Source of the DNA: Gammaproteobacteria bacterium
Lineage (GTDB): Bacteria > Pseudomonadota > Gammaproteobacteria > GCA-001735895
Length of the DNA stretch: 64,000 nucleotides
Assembly (NCBI GenBank): GCA_050118655.1
Contig: JASFKL010000001.1
Location: 186-64,185, forward strand
Reading direction: 5' to 3'
Below the pieces are notes generated by a model, which made no database searches, was not told the DNA's origin, and saw only the letters and a program-made list of their open reading frames with translations. Shown here piece by piece: positions 16,922 through 27,924 of this stretch. The first letter of the stretch is position 1; each line of letters begins with the position of its first letter. The translations under genes were made by a program, and so were the position numbers.

Positions 16922-18799
16922 CTATTGCTCCTCCAGAGGCGTCCTGGTGACCTCCGCACGGCTGGTAATCAGATTGACCGTCGATCGGTACTCGGCTGCC
17001 GCTTCGGCCGTTTTAAGCCCTTCCAGGGCCTTCTCGTCGACGTTTGCGTCATTCGACATCACCGCGGACAATTCGACCACCACATATTCCCCTCCGGCCA
17101 GCACGAGGCCATCGTAAACCAGCCCCTGGTCGGGCTTCGGCATACTGAAAGCGAGATTGCGCACCGAGGCGTCGATATCGGCCTGATCGCGGGCGACGAA
17201 ACCGCGGTCCGTGATCTTCGCATTCCATTTGCCGGCCAGCTCTTCCAGCGACTCGCCGTTTTTGAGCGCCGCCAGCGCTTCGCGACCGGTGGTGGTGGCC
17301 AGTTCGCGCATCTTGCTGCGCCTGAGATCCTCGAGCACGAGATCGCGAACTTCCTCCAGAGGCTGTTGCTGCGACGGACGATGCTCGTTGAGGCGGATAA
17401 ATACGATTCGATTTTTATCCAGCTCGATACCCTCGCTATTCAGACCCTTTTGCAGCACCTCGTCGGAAAACGCCTGTTGACGAACCTTCGGCTCGGCGGC
17501 GATACCCTGGCCCGAAAAGCGGCTGAACCAGTCGCTGGTCTGCAATTTCAGCCCGAGTTGGTCGGCCGCCGGTAGCAGCGAATCCGGTTGTTCGTAGGCG
17601 AGATTGGAGACCGTTTCGATCAAATCGTAAATCTGGTTCTCTGCGCGTTGGGTCTTGATCTCGTCCTCGAGTTCCGCCTTGACCTCGTCGAACGGGCGTG
17701 TCTTCCCCCCCTCGATCGAATTCAGTTGGATCAGATGCCAACCGAAACTGGTCTTGACCGGTTCGCTGAGTTCGCCAACCTTCATCGAAAACAGCGCCGA
17801 TTCGAAACTCGGCACCATGTCTCCTTTTTCGATCTCGCCCAGGTTGCCGCCGTCGGCGGCCGATGCCGGATCCTCGGAATATTCCTTCGCCATCTCCGCA
17901 AAGCTTTCTCCATCGACGATCCGTTTACGGATCTTCTCGATTTGCGCGAGCGCCTGTTCGCTGTTCGAATCGTCCGCCTTGATCAGGATATGGCTGGCGG
18001 TTCGGGTCTCGGGCGTGGTGTAGGCAGCGATATTTGCCTCGTAACGGGCGCGAACGTCCTTCTCCGGTACCTCGATCGATTTCTTGACGTTTTCCAGGCT
18101 GAGCTCGATATAGTCGATTTTCACCTCTTCCGGAGTCATGTAGCGCTCCTTCTGGGACTGGTAACGGCTTTCGATTTCCGCATCGTCGATCTCGATACTC
18201 GCCGGGTCGACGCTGTAGCCGAGCGTTCTCAGTTTGCGGGTCTGGTTGCGCAGGCTGGCGAACTGCTTTTGCTCCGCGGGCACCAGAAATGCGGTTGCTT
18301 CCAGTCCCGTCTGAAACTGCTGCCTCGCGCCATTGACTCTCATTTCCTGCTCGAAGCCGAGCGGCGAGTATCCCAGCGAACGGAGCTGGGCCTCGTAAAC
18401 CTGGCTTTCGAATTTACCGTCGCGCTGGAACACGTCCATCGCTCGTATCATGCGGTTCAATTCGGCATCGCCGATTCGGTAGCGTTGCTTCTCGACGTAC
18501 TGGCGCAGCGCGTTTTCCTCGATCATTTGATTGAGAACTTGCTCGCGCAGCATTTGTTCGGTACCGAAGGATGCGGGAATGCTGCCGCCGAACAGGCGGG
18601 ACAGGCGCTGGCGATATCTGCTGTAAGCCTGATCGAGGTCCTGGGTGGTGATTTCCTGGCCGTTGACGGTCGCCGCGGGCGCGGCTTCGCCGCCGCCGAG
18701 ATAGGAATTGACTCCCCACAGGGCGAAGGGGATGCTGATCAGGAAAATAACGCCGTAGGCAATCCAGCCAGTTACTTTTTCTCGAATTGCTTGCAGCAT
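16922..18799 (-). CDS. ppiD: Periplasmic chaperone / peptidyl-prolyl isomerase PpiD
   Basis: N-terminal anchor MLQAIREKVTGWIAYGVIFLISIPFALWG; SurA-like and parvulin-like regions; position after hupB as in E. coli/Pseudomonas. Confidence 0.9.
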   Translation of the reverse strand: MLQAIREKVTGWIAYGVIFLISIPFALWGVNSYLGGGEAAPAATVNGQEITTQDLDQAYSRYRQRLSRLFGGSIPASFGTEQMLREQVLNQMIEENALRQYVEKQRYRIGDAELNRMIRAMDVFQRDGKFESQVYEAQLRSLGYSPLGFEQEMRVNGARQQFQTGLEATAFLVPAEQKQFASLRNQTRKLRTLGYSVDPASIEIDDAEIESRYQSQKERYMTPEEVKIDYIELSLENVKKSIEVPEKDVRARYEANIAAYTTPETRTASHILIKADDSNSEQALAQIEKIRKRIVDGESFAEMAKEYSEDPASAADGGNLGEIEKGDMVPSFESALFSMKVGELSEPVKTSFGWHLIQLNSIEGGKTRPFDEVKAELEDEIKTQRAENQIYDLIETVSNLAYEQPDSLLPAADQLGLKLQTSDWFSRFSGQGIAAEPKVRQQAFSDEVLQKGLNSEGIELDKNRIVFIRLNEHRPSQQQPLEEVRDLVLEDLRRSKMRELATTTGREALAALKNGESLEELAGKWNAKITDRGFVARDQADIDASVRNLAFSMPKPDQGLVYDGLVLAGGEYVVVELSAVMSNDANVDEKALEGLKTAEAAAEYRSTVNLITSRAEVTRTPLEEQ

Positions 18800-18865
18800 T
18801 TAATCTTCGGTCACTTATTCAGGTGCTGCCAAATTGAAGCGCTCGAATGAGAGCGCTTTCAATAT

Positions 18866-18942
18866 TGGCGGAGTGGACGGGACTCGAACCCGCGACCCCC
18901 GGCGTGACAGGCCGGTATTCTAACCAACTGAACTACCACTCC
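18866..18942 (-). tRNA. tRNA-Asp (GTC)
   Basis: Manual fold: 77 nt, anticodon loop cuGUCac, 3' CCA encoded; near-identical to E. coli tRNA-Asp. Confidence 0.85.
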
Positions 18943-18950
18943 AGATTAGG

Positions 18951-19026
18951 TGGTGGGTGCTGACGGGATCGAACCGCCGACCCTCGCCTTGTAAGGGCGA
19001 TGCTCTCCCAGCTGAGCTAAGCACCC
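18951..19026 (-). tRNA. tRNA-Val (TAC)
   Basis: Manual fold: 76 nt, anticodon loop cuUACaa, 3' CCA encoded; close to E. coli tRNA-Val(UAC). Confidence 0.85.
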
Positions 19027-19047
19027 GGTGTCGCTAAAAAAGGGGCG

Positions 19048-19320
19048 CTAGTTTACTGCGTCCTTCAGAGCTTTGCCAGCCTTAAATGCAGGGACTTTCG
19101 AGGCTTTAATCTGGATGGTTTCTCCGGTACGGGGGTTGCGACCCGAACGAGCTTCGCGCTGCCTGACTAAAAAGGTACCAAAGCCGACGATCGTAACCTG
19201 GTCGCCTGATTTCAAAGCTTCCGTCACTGCCGCAATGACACCATCCACTGCACGCGACGCATCGGCTTTGTTCAAATCGGCACCGCTGGCAACAGCATCA
19301 ATCAATTCGGATTTATTCAT
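19048..19320 (-). CDS. hupB: DNA-binding protein HU-beta
   Basis: [11 protein letters not shown]...[45 protein letters not shown]; the true start is the internal Met, and the listed ORF carries a 55-aa artefactual extension. Confidence 0.92.
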   Translation of the reverse strand: MNKSELIDAVASGADLNKADASRAVDGVIAAVTEALKSGDQVTIVGFGTFLVRQREARSGRNPRTGETIQIKASKVPAFKAGKALKDAVN

Positions 19321-19528
19321 TAGATTTTTCCATTTGGTTAGGTTGATATATTTATAGCCCGAAGGGCGGACAGGCAACGTAAACAGATCTGTTTGTTGTG
19401 CTCTCTTCGGCGAGTATTTTACTCGCGACATCCCCCGTCCAGAGCGACGAATTAAACCAACAGCAGCCTTTACGGTCAACCACAAAAGCCCAAAAAGATT
19501 AAATAAGTCGCATTATTTCACTGCGCCG

Positions 19529-21967
19529 CTAGTGCGCCCTGACCCGCGAAGACTTCTTGTCCTTCTCTTTCGGTTTCGGCGTTTCGTCGTCGCTGCCCGA
19601 TGCTTTCGGCAGCGGCGTCGGCTGATGCGCCAACGCCACTTCCAGAACCTGGTCGATCCAGCGCACCGGGATAATTTCCAGCTTGGCCTTGATGTTGTCC
19701 GGAATTTCCGCGAGATCCTTTTCGTTTTCTTCCGGGATCAACACCTTGGTGATACCGCCCCGGTGCGCCGCCAGCAACTTCTCCTTGAGTCCGCCGATCG
19801 GCAGCACTTCGCCACGCAGAGTGATCTCGCCGGTCATCGCAACCTCGGCCTTGACCGGGATACCGGTGAGCGCGGAGACCAGCGCCGTGCACATACCGAC
19901 ACCGGCACTCGGGCCGTCTTTCGGGGTCGCGCCCTCGGGAACGTGGATATGTATATCCTTGTTCTCGTTGAAATCCGGGTTTACACCGAGTATCGAAGCG
20001 CGGCTGCGAACCACGGTCATCGCGGCCTGGATCGATTCCTTCATGACATCGCCCAGCTGACCGGTCTGTACGAATTTTCCCTTGCCGTCGACCACCGCCG
20101 ACTCGATCGTCAGCAGTTCGCCCCCGACCTCGGTCCAGGCGAGGCCCGTGACCTGGCCGACCTGATCTTTCTCGTCGGCCGATCCGAAACGGAAGCGTTT
20201 GACGCCGAGATACTTTTCGATGTTCTTGGCACTGACGGTGACCTTTTTGGTACTCGACTTCAACAGCATCGACTTGACCGCCTTGCGGCAGATTTTGGAA
20301 ATTTCGCGCTCGAGGTTACGCACGCCGGCTTCGCGCGTGTAGCGCTGAATGATTTCGCGCACCGCGTTTTGCTTGATATCGATTTCCTCGGGCTTGAGAC
20401 CGTTTTCCTTGATCTGTTTGGGGATCAGGTACTTGAGGGCGATATTGAGTTTTTCGTCCTCGGTATAGCCGGGAATACGAATGACCTCCATGCGGTCGAG
20501 CAGCGGCCCGGGGATGTTCATGCTATTCGAGGTAGCGACGAACATGGTGTCCGAAAGATCGAATTCGACCTCGAGGTAATGATCGGAAAAGGTGTTGTTT
20601 TGCTCCGGGTCGAGGACCTCGAGCAACGCCGAGGCCGGATCGCCGCGGAAATCCATCGCCATCTTGTCGATCTCGTCGAGCAAAAACAGCGGGTTACGAA
20701 CCTTGACCCGTGCCAGGTTTTGAATGATCTTGCCCGGCATCGAACCGATATAAGTCCTGCGGTGACCGCGGATCTCGGACTCGTCGCGCACGCCGCCGAG
20801 CGACATGCGGGAAAACTTGCGGTTGGTGGCCCTGGCGATGGAGCGGCCGATCGAGGTCTTGCCCACGCCCGGCGGACCGACGAGGCACAAAATCGGGCCC
20901 TTGAGCTTGCGCACACGCTGCTGTACGGCGAGATATTCGAGAATCCGTTCCTTGACCTTTTCGAGACCGTAATGATCTTCTTCGAGCACCTTTTCGGCCT
21001 GCGCGAGATCGCGCCTGATCTTGGACTTTTTCTTCCAGGGCACGCTGACCAGCCAGTCGATATAATTGCGCACCACGGTCGCCTCCGCGGACATCGGCGA
21101 CATCATTTTTAATTTGTTGAGTTCCGAATCGGCCTTTTCCCGGGCTTCCTTGGGCATACCCGATTCTTCGATCTTGTTTTGCAGATCCTCGACCTCGTTG
21201 GGCGCATCGTCCATGTCGCCGAGTTCCTTCTGGATCGCCTTCATCTGCTCGTTGAGATAGTATTCCCGCTGGCTTTTCTCCATTTGCTGCTTGACCCGGC
21301 CGCGGATGCGCTTCTCGATCTGCATCAGGTCGATCTCGCCTTCGATCTTGCTCATGATGTGCTCGATACGCTCGCGCGGATCCTGGATTTCGAGGATCTC
21401 CTGCTTTTCATCGAGTTTCAGCGACATGTGCGCGGCGATGGTATCGGCCAGGCGGCTGGGATCGTCGATCCCCGACAGCGAGGTCAGGATTTCCGGCGGA
21501 ACCTTCTTGTTGAGCTTGACGTACTGGTCGAACAGGTTGAGCACCGAGCGCAGCAGCACCTCGGCCTCGCGATCGTCGACCGCACCGGATTTCTCCAGCA
21601 TATTGATCGCCGCGGAGTAGTATTCGTTGGTTTCCAGCAGGCTGTCGACCACCACGCGCTCACCGCCCTCCACGAGCACCTTGATGGTCCCGTCCGGAAG
21701 CTTGAGCATTTGAAGAATCGTCGACAGGGTACCGATCTGGTACAGGTCTGCCTGGCCGGGATCGTCTACCTCGGCATTTTTCTGCGCCAACAGCAGGATT
21801 TTCTTGTTGTCGGCCATCGCCGCTTCGAGCGCGAGTATCGATTTTTCGCGGCCGACGAACAGCGGGATTACCATGTGCGGGTAAACCACCACATCGCGCA
21901 AGGGCAAAACGGGAATCAATTGCCGTTCCTGCGGTTCGGCGAGAAGATTATTCTGAAAGTCTGACAT
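19529..21967 (-). CDS. lon: ATP-dependent Lon protease
   Basis: Lon N-domain, AAA+ Walker [10 protein letters not shown], protease Ser motif PKDGPSAG. Confidence 0.95.
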   Translation of the reverse strand: MSDFQNNLLAEPQERQLIPVLPLRDVVVYPHMVIPLFVGREKSILALEAAMADNKKILLLAQKNAEVDDPGQADLYQIGTLSTILQMLKLPDGTIKVLVEGGERVVVDSLLETNEYYSAAINMLEKSGAVDDREAEVLLRSVLNLFDQYVKLNKKVPPEILTSLSGIDDPSRLADTIAAHMSLKLDEKQEILEIQDPRERIEHIMSKIEGEIDLMQIEKRIRGRVKQQMEKSQREYYLNEQMKAIQKELGDMDDAPNEVEDLQNKIEESGMPKEAREKADSELNKLKMMSPMSAEATVVRNYIDWLVSVPWKKKSKIRRDLAQAEKVLEEDHYGLEKVKERILEYLAVQQRVRKLKGPILCLVGPPGVGKTSIGRSIARATNRKFSRMSLGGVRDESEIRGHRRTYIGSMPGKIIQNLARVKVRNPLFLLDEIDKMAMDFRGDPASALLEVLDPEQNNTFSDHYLEVEFDLSDTMFVATSNSMNIPGPLLDRMEVIRIPGYTEDEKLNIALKYLIPKQIKENGLKPEEIDIKQNAVREIIQRYTREAGVRNLEREISKICRKAVKSMLLKSSTKKVTVSAKNIEKYLGVKRFRFGSADEKDQVGQVTGLAWTEVGGELLTIESAVVDGKGKFVQTGQLGDVMKESIQAAMTVVRSRASILGVNPDFNENKDIHIHVPEGATPKDGPSAGVGMCTALVSALTGIPVKAEVAMTGEITLRGEVLPIGGLKEKLLAAHRGGITKVLIPEENEKDLAEIPDNIKAKLEIIPVRWIDQVLEVALAHQPTPLPKASGSDDETPKPKEKDKKSSRVRAH

Positions 21968-22004
21968 AGATGCCTCGGTACTGGTTGTCGGGACTATATG
22001 GGTG

Positions 22005-22032
22005 TCGACGGTTCGTTTTCAACCCGGCTCTC
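22005..22032 (-). promoter_or_regulatory. Putative sigma-32 (heat-shock) promoter of lon: gTTGAAAA-N13-CCCATATA
   Basis: Minus-strand read GGTTGAAAACGAACCGTCGACACCCATATAGT matches the sigma-32 consensus CTTGAAA-N13-15-CCCCATnT about 35 nt upstream of the lon start. Confidence 0.5.
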
Positions 22033-22057
22033 CGCCCCGCGCACGACCAGCTGAGGC

Positions 22058-23338
22058 TTAATCGTCAGAGGCCACCCGTTGCATATCGCCGCCCTCGTAA
22101 ATCACGTAGGGCTGGGCATGGCCTTCGATAACCGCGGCGTCGACGACGACCTTGCTGACGTTTTCCATCGCGGGCAGGTCGTACATGATTTCCAGCAGGG
22201 TATTTTCGAGAATGGTGCGCAATCCGCGGGCGCCGGTCTTGCGTTCCATGGCTTTCCTGGCCACGGCAGCAAGCGAATCGTTGCGAAACTCGATCTCGCA
22301 GCCCTCGATTTCGAACATTTTCTGGTATTGCTTGGTGATCGCGTTCTTGGGCTCGGTCAGGATCTGCACCAGCGCGTTTTCGTCGAGTTCCTCGAGCGTC
22401 GCCACTACCGGCAACCGGCCGACGAATTCCGGGATTAGCCCGTACTTGATCAGATCTTCGGGCTCGACCTTGGCGATTACCTCGCCGAACAGGTCTTTCT
22501 TGTCCTTGCTCTTGAGGTCGGCGCCGAAGCCGATTCCGCCCTTCTCCGAGCGATTCAGTATGACCTTGTCGAGCCCGGCGAAGGCGCCGCCGCAAATAAA
22601 CAGGATCTTGCCGGTGTCGACCTGCAGGAATTCCTGCTGCGGATGCTTTCTGCCGCCTTGCGGGGGAACCGACGCGATCGTGCCCTCGATCAGTTTCAGC
22701 AGCGCCTGCTGCACGCCTTCCCCGGAAACGTCGCGGGTAATCGACGGGTTATCGGATTTTCGCGAAATCTTGTCGATCTCGTCGATATACACGATTCCGG
22801 TCTGCGCCTTGTCGACGTCGTAGTCGCATTTCTGCAGCAATTTCTGAATGATGTTTTCGACGTCTTCGCCGACATAGCCGGCTTCGGTCAGGGTCGTCGC
22901 ATCGGCGATCGCGAACGGTACGTTGAGCAGTCTCGCGAGCGTCTCGGCGAGCAGCGTCTTGCCCGAACCGGTCGGTCCGATCAGCAGGATATTGCTCTTG
23001 GAAAGCTCGATATCGTCCTTGACATGCCCCACTTCGAGGCGTTTGTAGTGGTTGTATACCGCTACCGAAAGCACCTTTTTGGCGCGACTCTGGCCGATAA
23101 CGTATTCGTCGAGGACCTTGTAGATCTCGTGGGGGATCGGCAGCTTGCTCTCGGCGTCCTCGCCGTTTTCGTGGATTTCCTCACGAATGATGTCGTTGCA
23201 GAGGTCGACGCATTCGTCGCAGATAAACACCGAGGGCCCTGCAATCAGCTTTCTGACTTCGTGCTGGCTCTTGCCGCAGAACGAGCAGTAAAGCAGTTTT
23301 TCGTCCTTATTTTTGGATCTCTCGTCACTCATACACAA
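22058..23338 (-). CDS. clpX: ATP-dependent Clp protease ATP-binding subunit ClpX
   Basis: Zinc-finger [14 protein letters not shown]; Walker [12 protein letters not shown]. Confidence 0.95.
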   Translation of the reverse strand: MCMSDERSKNKDEKLLYCSFCGKSQHEVRKLIAGPSVFICDECVDLCNDIIREEIHENGEDAESKLPIPHEIYKVLDEYVIGQSRAKKVLSVAVYNHYKRLEVGHVKDDIELSKSNILLIGPTGSGKTLLAETLARLLNVPFAIADATTLTEAGYVGEDVENIIQKLLQKCDYDVDKAQTGIVYIDEIDKISRKSDNPSITRDVSGEGVQQALLKLIEGTIASVPPQGGRKHPQQEFLQVDTGKILFICGGAFAGLDKVILNRSEKGGIGFGADLKSKDKKDLFGEVIAKVEPEDLIKYGLIPEFVGRLPVVATLEELDENALVQILTEPKNAITKQYQKMFEIEGCEIEFRNDSLAAVARKAMERKTGARGLRTILENTLLEIMYDLPAMENVSKVVVDAAVIEGHAQPYVIYEGGDMQRVASDD

Positions 23339-23450
23339 CTACCGGAATCTTTATGCCCACGCTTTGATAATATTAGACCAAACCGCCAAGCACAACCGAA
23401 AAAACCGCTTTTTGATCAACGATTCACAGTTAAATCGGTAGACCGGGAGC

Positions 23451-24125
23451 TTATTCGTCGTCGGCTTTCTCGACCGGTTCGGTACGCGACGTCAGGACTT
23501 TGTCGATGATACCGTATTCGACCGACTCTTCGGCGCTCATGAAGTTGTCCCTTTCGGTATCGCGCTCGATGACGCTCTCCTTCTTGCCGGTGTGCGCGGC
23601 GAGCAATTTATTGAGCCTCGCGCGTACCGCGAGGATTTCCCTGGCATGGATCTCGAAATCGCTGGCCTGTCCCTGGAATCCGCCCAGCGGCTGGTGGATC
23701 ATGACCCGCGAATGCGGCAGTCCGTAACGCTTGCCGTGGCTGCCGCCGGCCAGCAGGATCGCGCCCATGCTGGCGGCCTGGCCGGTGCAGAGCGTACTGA
23801 CGTCGGGCTTGATGAACTGCATGGTGTCGTAAATCGCCAGTCCCGCGGTCACCGAGCCGCCGGGGCTGTTGATATACAGGGAGATATCCTTGTCGGGATT
23901 TTCCGACTCCAGAAACAGGAGCTGGGCGACGATCAGGTTGGCCATGTGGTCCTCGATCGGGCCGACCACGAAAATCACCCGCTCCTTGAGCAGGCGCGAG
24001 TAAATATCGTAGGCACGCTCGCCGCGAGCGGATTGCTCGACGACCATCGGTACCAGATTGGCCTGTATTTCCGGGTAACCGGACAGGATAGCGCTCAGCT
24101 CTGAACTACTGGGGTAATCTTTCAT
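23451..24125 (-). CDS. clpP: ATP-dependent Clp protease proteolytic subunit ClpP
   Basis: [28 protein letters not shown]...[12 protein letters not shown]...IMIHQPLGG (Ser-His-Asp triad context). Confidence 0.93.
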   Translation of the reverse strand: MKDYPSSSELSAILSGYPEIQANLVPMVVEQSARGERAYDIYSRLLKERVIFVVGPIEDHMANLIVAQLLFLESENPDKDISLYINSPGGSVTAGLAIYDTMQFIKPDVSTLCTGQAASMGAILLAGGSHGKRYGLPHSRVMIHQPLGGFQGQASDFEIHAREILAVRARLNKLLAAHTGKKESVIERDTERDNFMSAEESVEYGIIDKVLTSRTEPVEKADDE

Positions 24126-24151
24126 GGGTTAGCTTGCAACTCCTCGGTGAA

Positions 24152-25456
24152 TTAGATGTTACCGTTCATCAAGTCTTCGAAACTCGCCTTTTTCTCGGTA
24201 ACCTTTGCCTTGTCCAGGATGTGGTTGACCACCTGATCTTCAAGCACCATGTTCTCGATACCGGTGCGCGCCTGGCGGTTCTGCCGATAGTATTCCCTGA
24301 CCTGCTCCGGCTGTTCGTAGGCGACCGCCATCTCCTCGATGGCTGCGTCGACAAGCGATTGATCCAGCTCGATTTTTTCCTGCCTGATGACTTCGCCGAC
24401 CAGCAATCCGAGCTGCACCCGGCGGTTTGCCTCGGCGATGAACATGTGGTCGGGCAACTGGTTTTCGTCGACCGTGGCCGGATCCTGCCCCATACGCTGC
24501 GCCGCCTGCTGTCGCAGGGCCTTGATCTCCTCGCCGATCAACGCGGTCGGGGCGATGATTTCATTGTGCTCGAGCAGCCCCTCCATGACCTTGTTCTTGA
24601 GATCCATCTTGAGCCGTTCGTTCTTTTCCTTTTCCATGTTGGCGCGGATGTCGGTGCGCATTTTCTCGAGGTCGCCGTCGGCGATGCCGAAACTCCTGGC
24701 GAATTCCTCGTCGAGTTCGGGCAATTGCGGTTCCGACACGCGGCTAGCCCTGAGGGTGAATTTCGCGGTTTTGCCGGCGACGTCCTTACCGTGATAATCC
24801 TCCGGAAAATTGACCTCGACTTCCCGTTCCTCGCCCGCTTTTATACCTTCCAGGCCTTCCTCGAACTCGGGCAGCATCTGCCCGGCGCCGATTTCCACCG
24901 GCATGTCCTTGCCGCTGCCGCCCTCGAATATCTCGCCGTCGATTCGCCCCTCGAAGTCCACCGTCACCTGGTATCCGGATTTGGCCGCGGCATCGACTTC
25001 TTTCCAGGTCTTGCGCTGCTCGCGCAGCTTTTCGAGCATATCCTCGAAATCCGAATCGGTGATTTCGACCTGCGGTTTCTCGATCTCGATGGCTTCGAGT
25101 TCGAGCTTGTCGATCTCGGGATAGACTTCGAAGGTCGCGGTAAAGGACATGTCTTCCTTTTCTTCGCTGCTGATCGAGTCGATGCTGGGCATGCCCGCCG
25201 GGCGTACCTGCTCCTGGATCAGCGCTTCCTGGTAGCTGGATTCGATGACGTCGCCGATGACTTCCTGGCGCACGTGGCCGCCGAACTTCTGCTGCACCAC
25301 CTTCAGCGGCACCTTGCCCGGCCGGAAACCGTCGATTCGCACCGTCTTGCTCAGGTCCCTGAGCTTCTTTTCGACCGCCTCGGTAACTCGCTCGGACGGG
25401 ATCTGCACCGTCATCCTGCGTTCCAGGCCCTCGAGGGTTTCGATTGATACTTGCAT
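24152..25456 (-). CDS. tig: Trigger factor
   Basis: MQVSIETLEGLERRMTVQIPSERV... full-length collinear with trigger factor; classic tig-clpP-clpX-lon order. Confidence 0.93.
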   Translation of the reverse strand: MQVSIETLEGLERRMTVQIPSERVTEAVEKKLRDLSKTVRIDGFRPGKVPLKVVQQKFGGHVRQEVIGDVIESSYQEALIQEQVRPAGMPSIDSISSEEKEDMSFTATFEVYPEIDKLELEAIEIEKPQVEITDSDFEDMLEKLREQRKTWKEVDAAAKSGYQVTVDFEGRIDGEIFEGGSGKDMPVEIGAGQMLPEFEEGLEGIKAGEEREVEVNFPEDYHGKDVAGKTAKFTLRASRVSEPQLPELDEEFARSFGIADGDLEKMRTDIRANMEKEKNERLKMDLKNKVMEGLLEHNEIIAPTALIGEEIKALRQQAAQRMGQDPATVDENQLPDHMFIAEANRRVQLGLLVGEVIRQEKIELDQSLVDAAIEEMAVAYEQPEQVREYYRQNRQARTGIENMVLEDQVVNHILDKAKVTEKKASFEDLMNGNI

Positions 25457-25705
25457 GTCGGAGACTCGTGAATTTACTGAGAGATATTATCTAGATTAGC
25501 GCCGGTCGAAAGCGGCCGACCGCTTCGTGACGACAGTGTTGCAACACTGGGCGATGTCCAAAGTGGCGCGGATTATACCCACGTCGATGCAGGATGTCAG
25601 CCAATTTTTGCCCCTCCACGGCGACGCCCGCGGCGGCTTTCGGGTACCGATTGAACGCGGCCCCAGGCAATTTATCGAGGCCGGTGCATTTGCATTCGAC
25701 GGGGC

Positions 25706-25791
25706 TGGTGCGAAAGGAGAGACTCGAACTCTCACATCGTAAAGATACCAGAACCTAAATCTGGCGCGTCTACCAATTCCGCCACTTTCGC
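25706..25791 (-). tRNA. tRNA-Leu (TAG)
   Basis: Manual fold: 86 nt with long variable arm, begins GCGAAAGTGGCGGAATTGGTAGACGC, anticodon loop uuUAGgu, CCA encoded. Confidence 0.8.
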
Positions 25792-25892
25792 AGTCGTTTC
25801 GTGCCTGCCTGATTACCGGACGCCGTGCCGCGCTCCGCGTCGCCGCGCGGAGTCGAAAACTAACGGCGCCTGCATCGCAGGCGCCGTGTGTA

Positions 25893-25969
25893 TGGGGTGG
25901 ACGATGGGGATCGAACCCACGACAACAAGAATCACAATCTTGCACTCTACCAACTGAGCTACGCCCACC
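25893..25969 (-). tRNA. tRNA-His (GTG)
   Basis: Manual fold: 77 nt including the -1 G, anticodon loop uuGUGau, ends ...CCACCCCA as in E. coli tRNA-His. Confidence 0.85.
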
Positions 25970-25975
25970 ATAATT

Positions 25976-26052
25976 TGGCACGCCCGGCAGGATTCGAACC
26001 TGCTACCCTCGGCTTAGAAGGCCGATGCTCTATCCAAATGAGCTACGGGCGC
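25976..26052 (-). tRNA. tRNA-Arg (TCT)
   Basis: Manual fold: 77 nt, anticodon loop cuUCUaa, CCA encoded. Confidence 0.83.
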
Positions 26053-26055
26053 TTC

Positions 26056-26195
26056 GGATACCTCTCTCACGGCGTATTTTAGCCGATTGCTGCGTTGCCG
26101 CCGTGCTCGGATCCTCATGTATGTCTTTATACACTGCGGTCCTGCGCGCGGCGGCGCCTTGCACTCAACTAAAATACGCCGTGAGAGAGGCATCC
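26056..26195. repeat. About 140-bp element bounded by 27-bp terminal inverted repeats (1 mismatch; 22-bp perfect core CCTCTCTCACGGCGTATTTTAG / CTAAAATACGCCGTGAGAGAGG) with a nested inner IR; MITE-like or large RNA hairpin in the tRNA operon spacer
   Basis: Perfect 22-bp IR at 26061-26082 vs 26169-26190 seen directly; inner IR GCCGCCGTGC / GCGCGGCGGC; abuts the 5' end of tRNA-Arg. Confidence 0.6.
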
Positions 26196-26393
26196 TCCAG
26201 TTCAAATTCCGACCGGTCATCCTAAACCTTTTGTATCCCCGGATTGCCGCCGTAGGGGAGGCAACCTGGATTCGTCTTGCCGGCGATAATTCCATTAATA
26301 TACGCGCCAATCGCGTATTCGGATGCCGGGAACCTGCCGTTTCCTCGAACCCCCGATATCCGGGGTGCAATGATAGCAAATTCCCGACAAAAT

Positions 26394-26470
26394 TGGTCGG
26401 GGTGGAGAGATTCGAACTCCCGACCCACTGCTCCCAAAGCAGTTGCGCTACCAGGCTGCGCTACACCCCG
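26394..26470 (-). tRNA. tRNA-Pro (TGG)
   Basis: Manual fold: 77 nt, anticodon loop uuUGGga, CCA encoded. Confidence 0.85.
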
Positions 26471-26538
26471 TGTCACCCGCGCGGGCAAGGCGCGGAATCA
26501 TACGCCTAAGCCGACAGGCCGTCAATTCGACCCGGTCT

Positions 26539-27924
26539 CTACTTTCGTCTCCAGCGGGTGCCCTCGGGGCCGTCTTCGATCTCGATGCCGGCGGCGGACA
26601 ACCGGTCGCGTATACGGTCGGCCTCGGCCCAGTTCTTTTGCCCGCGCGCCTGCAGGCGTTCCTCTACCAGCGCCTCGATTTCGGCATCGTCGAGACCGCT
26701 CTCCCGGCCCGCCCGGGATTTCAGAAATGCCTCCGGATCGTCCTGCAACAGTCCGATCACGCCGCCGAGGTAACGCAACAGGCTGGCGAGTTCGTGAACC
26801 CGCTCGTCGCCGGCGCGCTTCGCGCGGTTGATATCGCGCACCAGGTCGAACAGCACGGCTACGGCGCCCGCGGTATTGAAATCGTCGCAAAGCGCCGCAT
26901 CGAAACGCTGTTGATATTCGCTCTCGGCCGCTATCTCTGCGCTGCGCGTATCCAGCAACGCCGCGTACAGGCGCTGCAGGGCGGCGCGCGCATGGTCCAG
27001 CTGCTCCTCGGAATAGTTCAGCTGGCTGCGGTAGTGGCTGCTGACGATGAAGTAGCGAATTTCTTCGGCGCGATAACTCTCGAGTACGTCTCGCAGGACG
27101 AAAAAATTACCCAGCGACTTGGACATTTTCTCTTCGTTGACGCGCACGAAGCCATTGTGCATCCAGTAATTGACGAACTTTTCGCCGCTGCAGGCCTCGC
27201 TCTGGGCGATTTCGTTTTCGTGATGGGGAAATTGCAGGTCCTGGCCGCCGCCGTGGATATCGAAGTGATTACCGAGCAGGCTGGTCGACATCGCCGAACA
27301 CTCGATATGCCATCCCGGCCGGCCCGGCCCGTAACGCGAAGGCCAGCTCGGTTCGCCCGGCTTGGCGGCCTTCCAGAGCACGAAGTCGAGCGGATCCCGC
27401 TTGCCGGGATCGACCTCGACTCGCTCGCCGGCGCGCAACTCGTCGAGCTTCTTGCCCGACAGGCGGCCGTACTCGGCAAATTTCGAGACCGAGAAATAAA
27501 CGTCGCCATTGTCCGCCAGGTAAGCGTAGCCGCCTCGCTCGAGCTCCTCGATCATCCCGAGGATCGGTGTAATGGTCTCGGTGGCGCGCGGCTCGCGGTC
27601 GGGGCGCAGGACTCCGAGTGCGTCCGCGTCCTGGTGCATGGCCTCGATGAAGCGCCCGGTCAGGCTGTCGACTGCCTCGCCGTTCTCGCGCGCCCGGTTG
27701 ATGATCTTGTCGTCGATATCGGTAATGTTTCTGACGTAGGTCACGTCGTAACCCAGGTGCTTCAGAAACCGGTAAACGACATCGAACACTACCAGTACGC
27801 GGGCATGACCGATATGGCAATAGTCGTAAACCGTCATCCCGCAGACGTACATCCTGACCTTGCCGGGCTCGATCGGTTCGAAGGCTTCCTTTTGCCTCGT
27901 CAGGCTGTTGTAGATGGTCAGCAT
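26539..27924 (-). CDS. cysS: Cysteine--tRNA ligase
   Basis: HIGH motif [21 protein letters not shown] motif, conserved cysS-ppiB-lpxH neighbourhood. Confidence 0.95.
   Translation of the reverse strand: MLTIYNSLTRQKEAFEPIEPGKVRMYVCGMTVYDYCHIGHARVLVVFDVVYRFLKHLGYDVTYVRNITDIDDKIINRARENGEAVDSLTGRFIEAMHQDADALGVLRPDREPRATETITPILGMIEELERGGYAYLADNGDVYFSVSKFAEYGRLSGKKLDELRAGERVEVDPGKRDPLDFVLWKAAKPGEPSWPSRYGPGRPGWHIECSAMSTSLLGNHFDIHGGGQDLQFPHHENEIAQSEACSGEKFVNYWMHNGFVRVNEEKMSKSLGNFFVLRDVLESYRAEEIRYFIVSSHYRSQLNYSEEQLDHARAALQRLYAALLDTRSAEIAAESEYQQRFDAALCDDFNTAGAVAVLFDLVRDINRAKRAGDERVHELASLLRYLGGVIGLLQDDPEAFLKSRAGRESGLDDAEIEALVEERLQARGQKNWAEADRIRDRLSAAGIEIEDGPEGTRWRRK

Noticed and set aside
16126-18850. 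Antisense ORFs opposite fabI (16126..16959 -) and ppiD (17588..18850 +)
   Set aside because: Opposite-strand shadows of well-supported genes.
19532-25447. Long plus-strand ORFs opposite lon, clpX, clpP and tig (e.g. 19532..21112, 21179..21964, 22643..23509, 24134..25447)
   Set aside because: The minus-strand genes are unambiguous, and the antisense frames have no recognisable domains.
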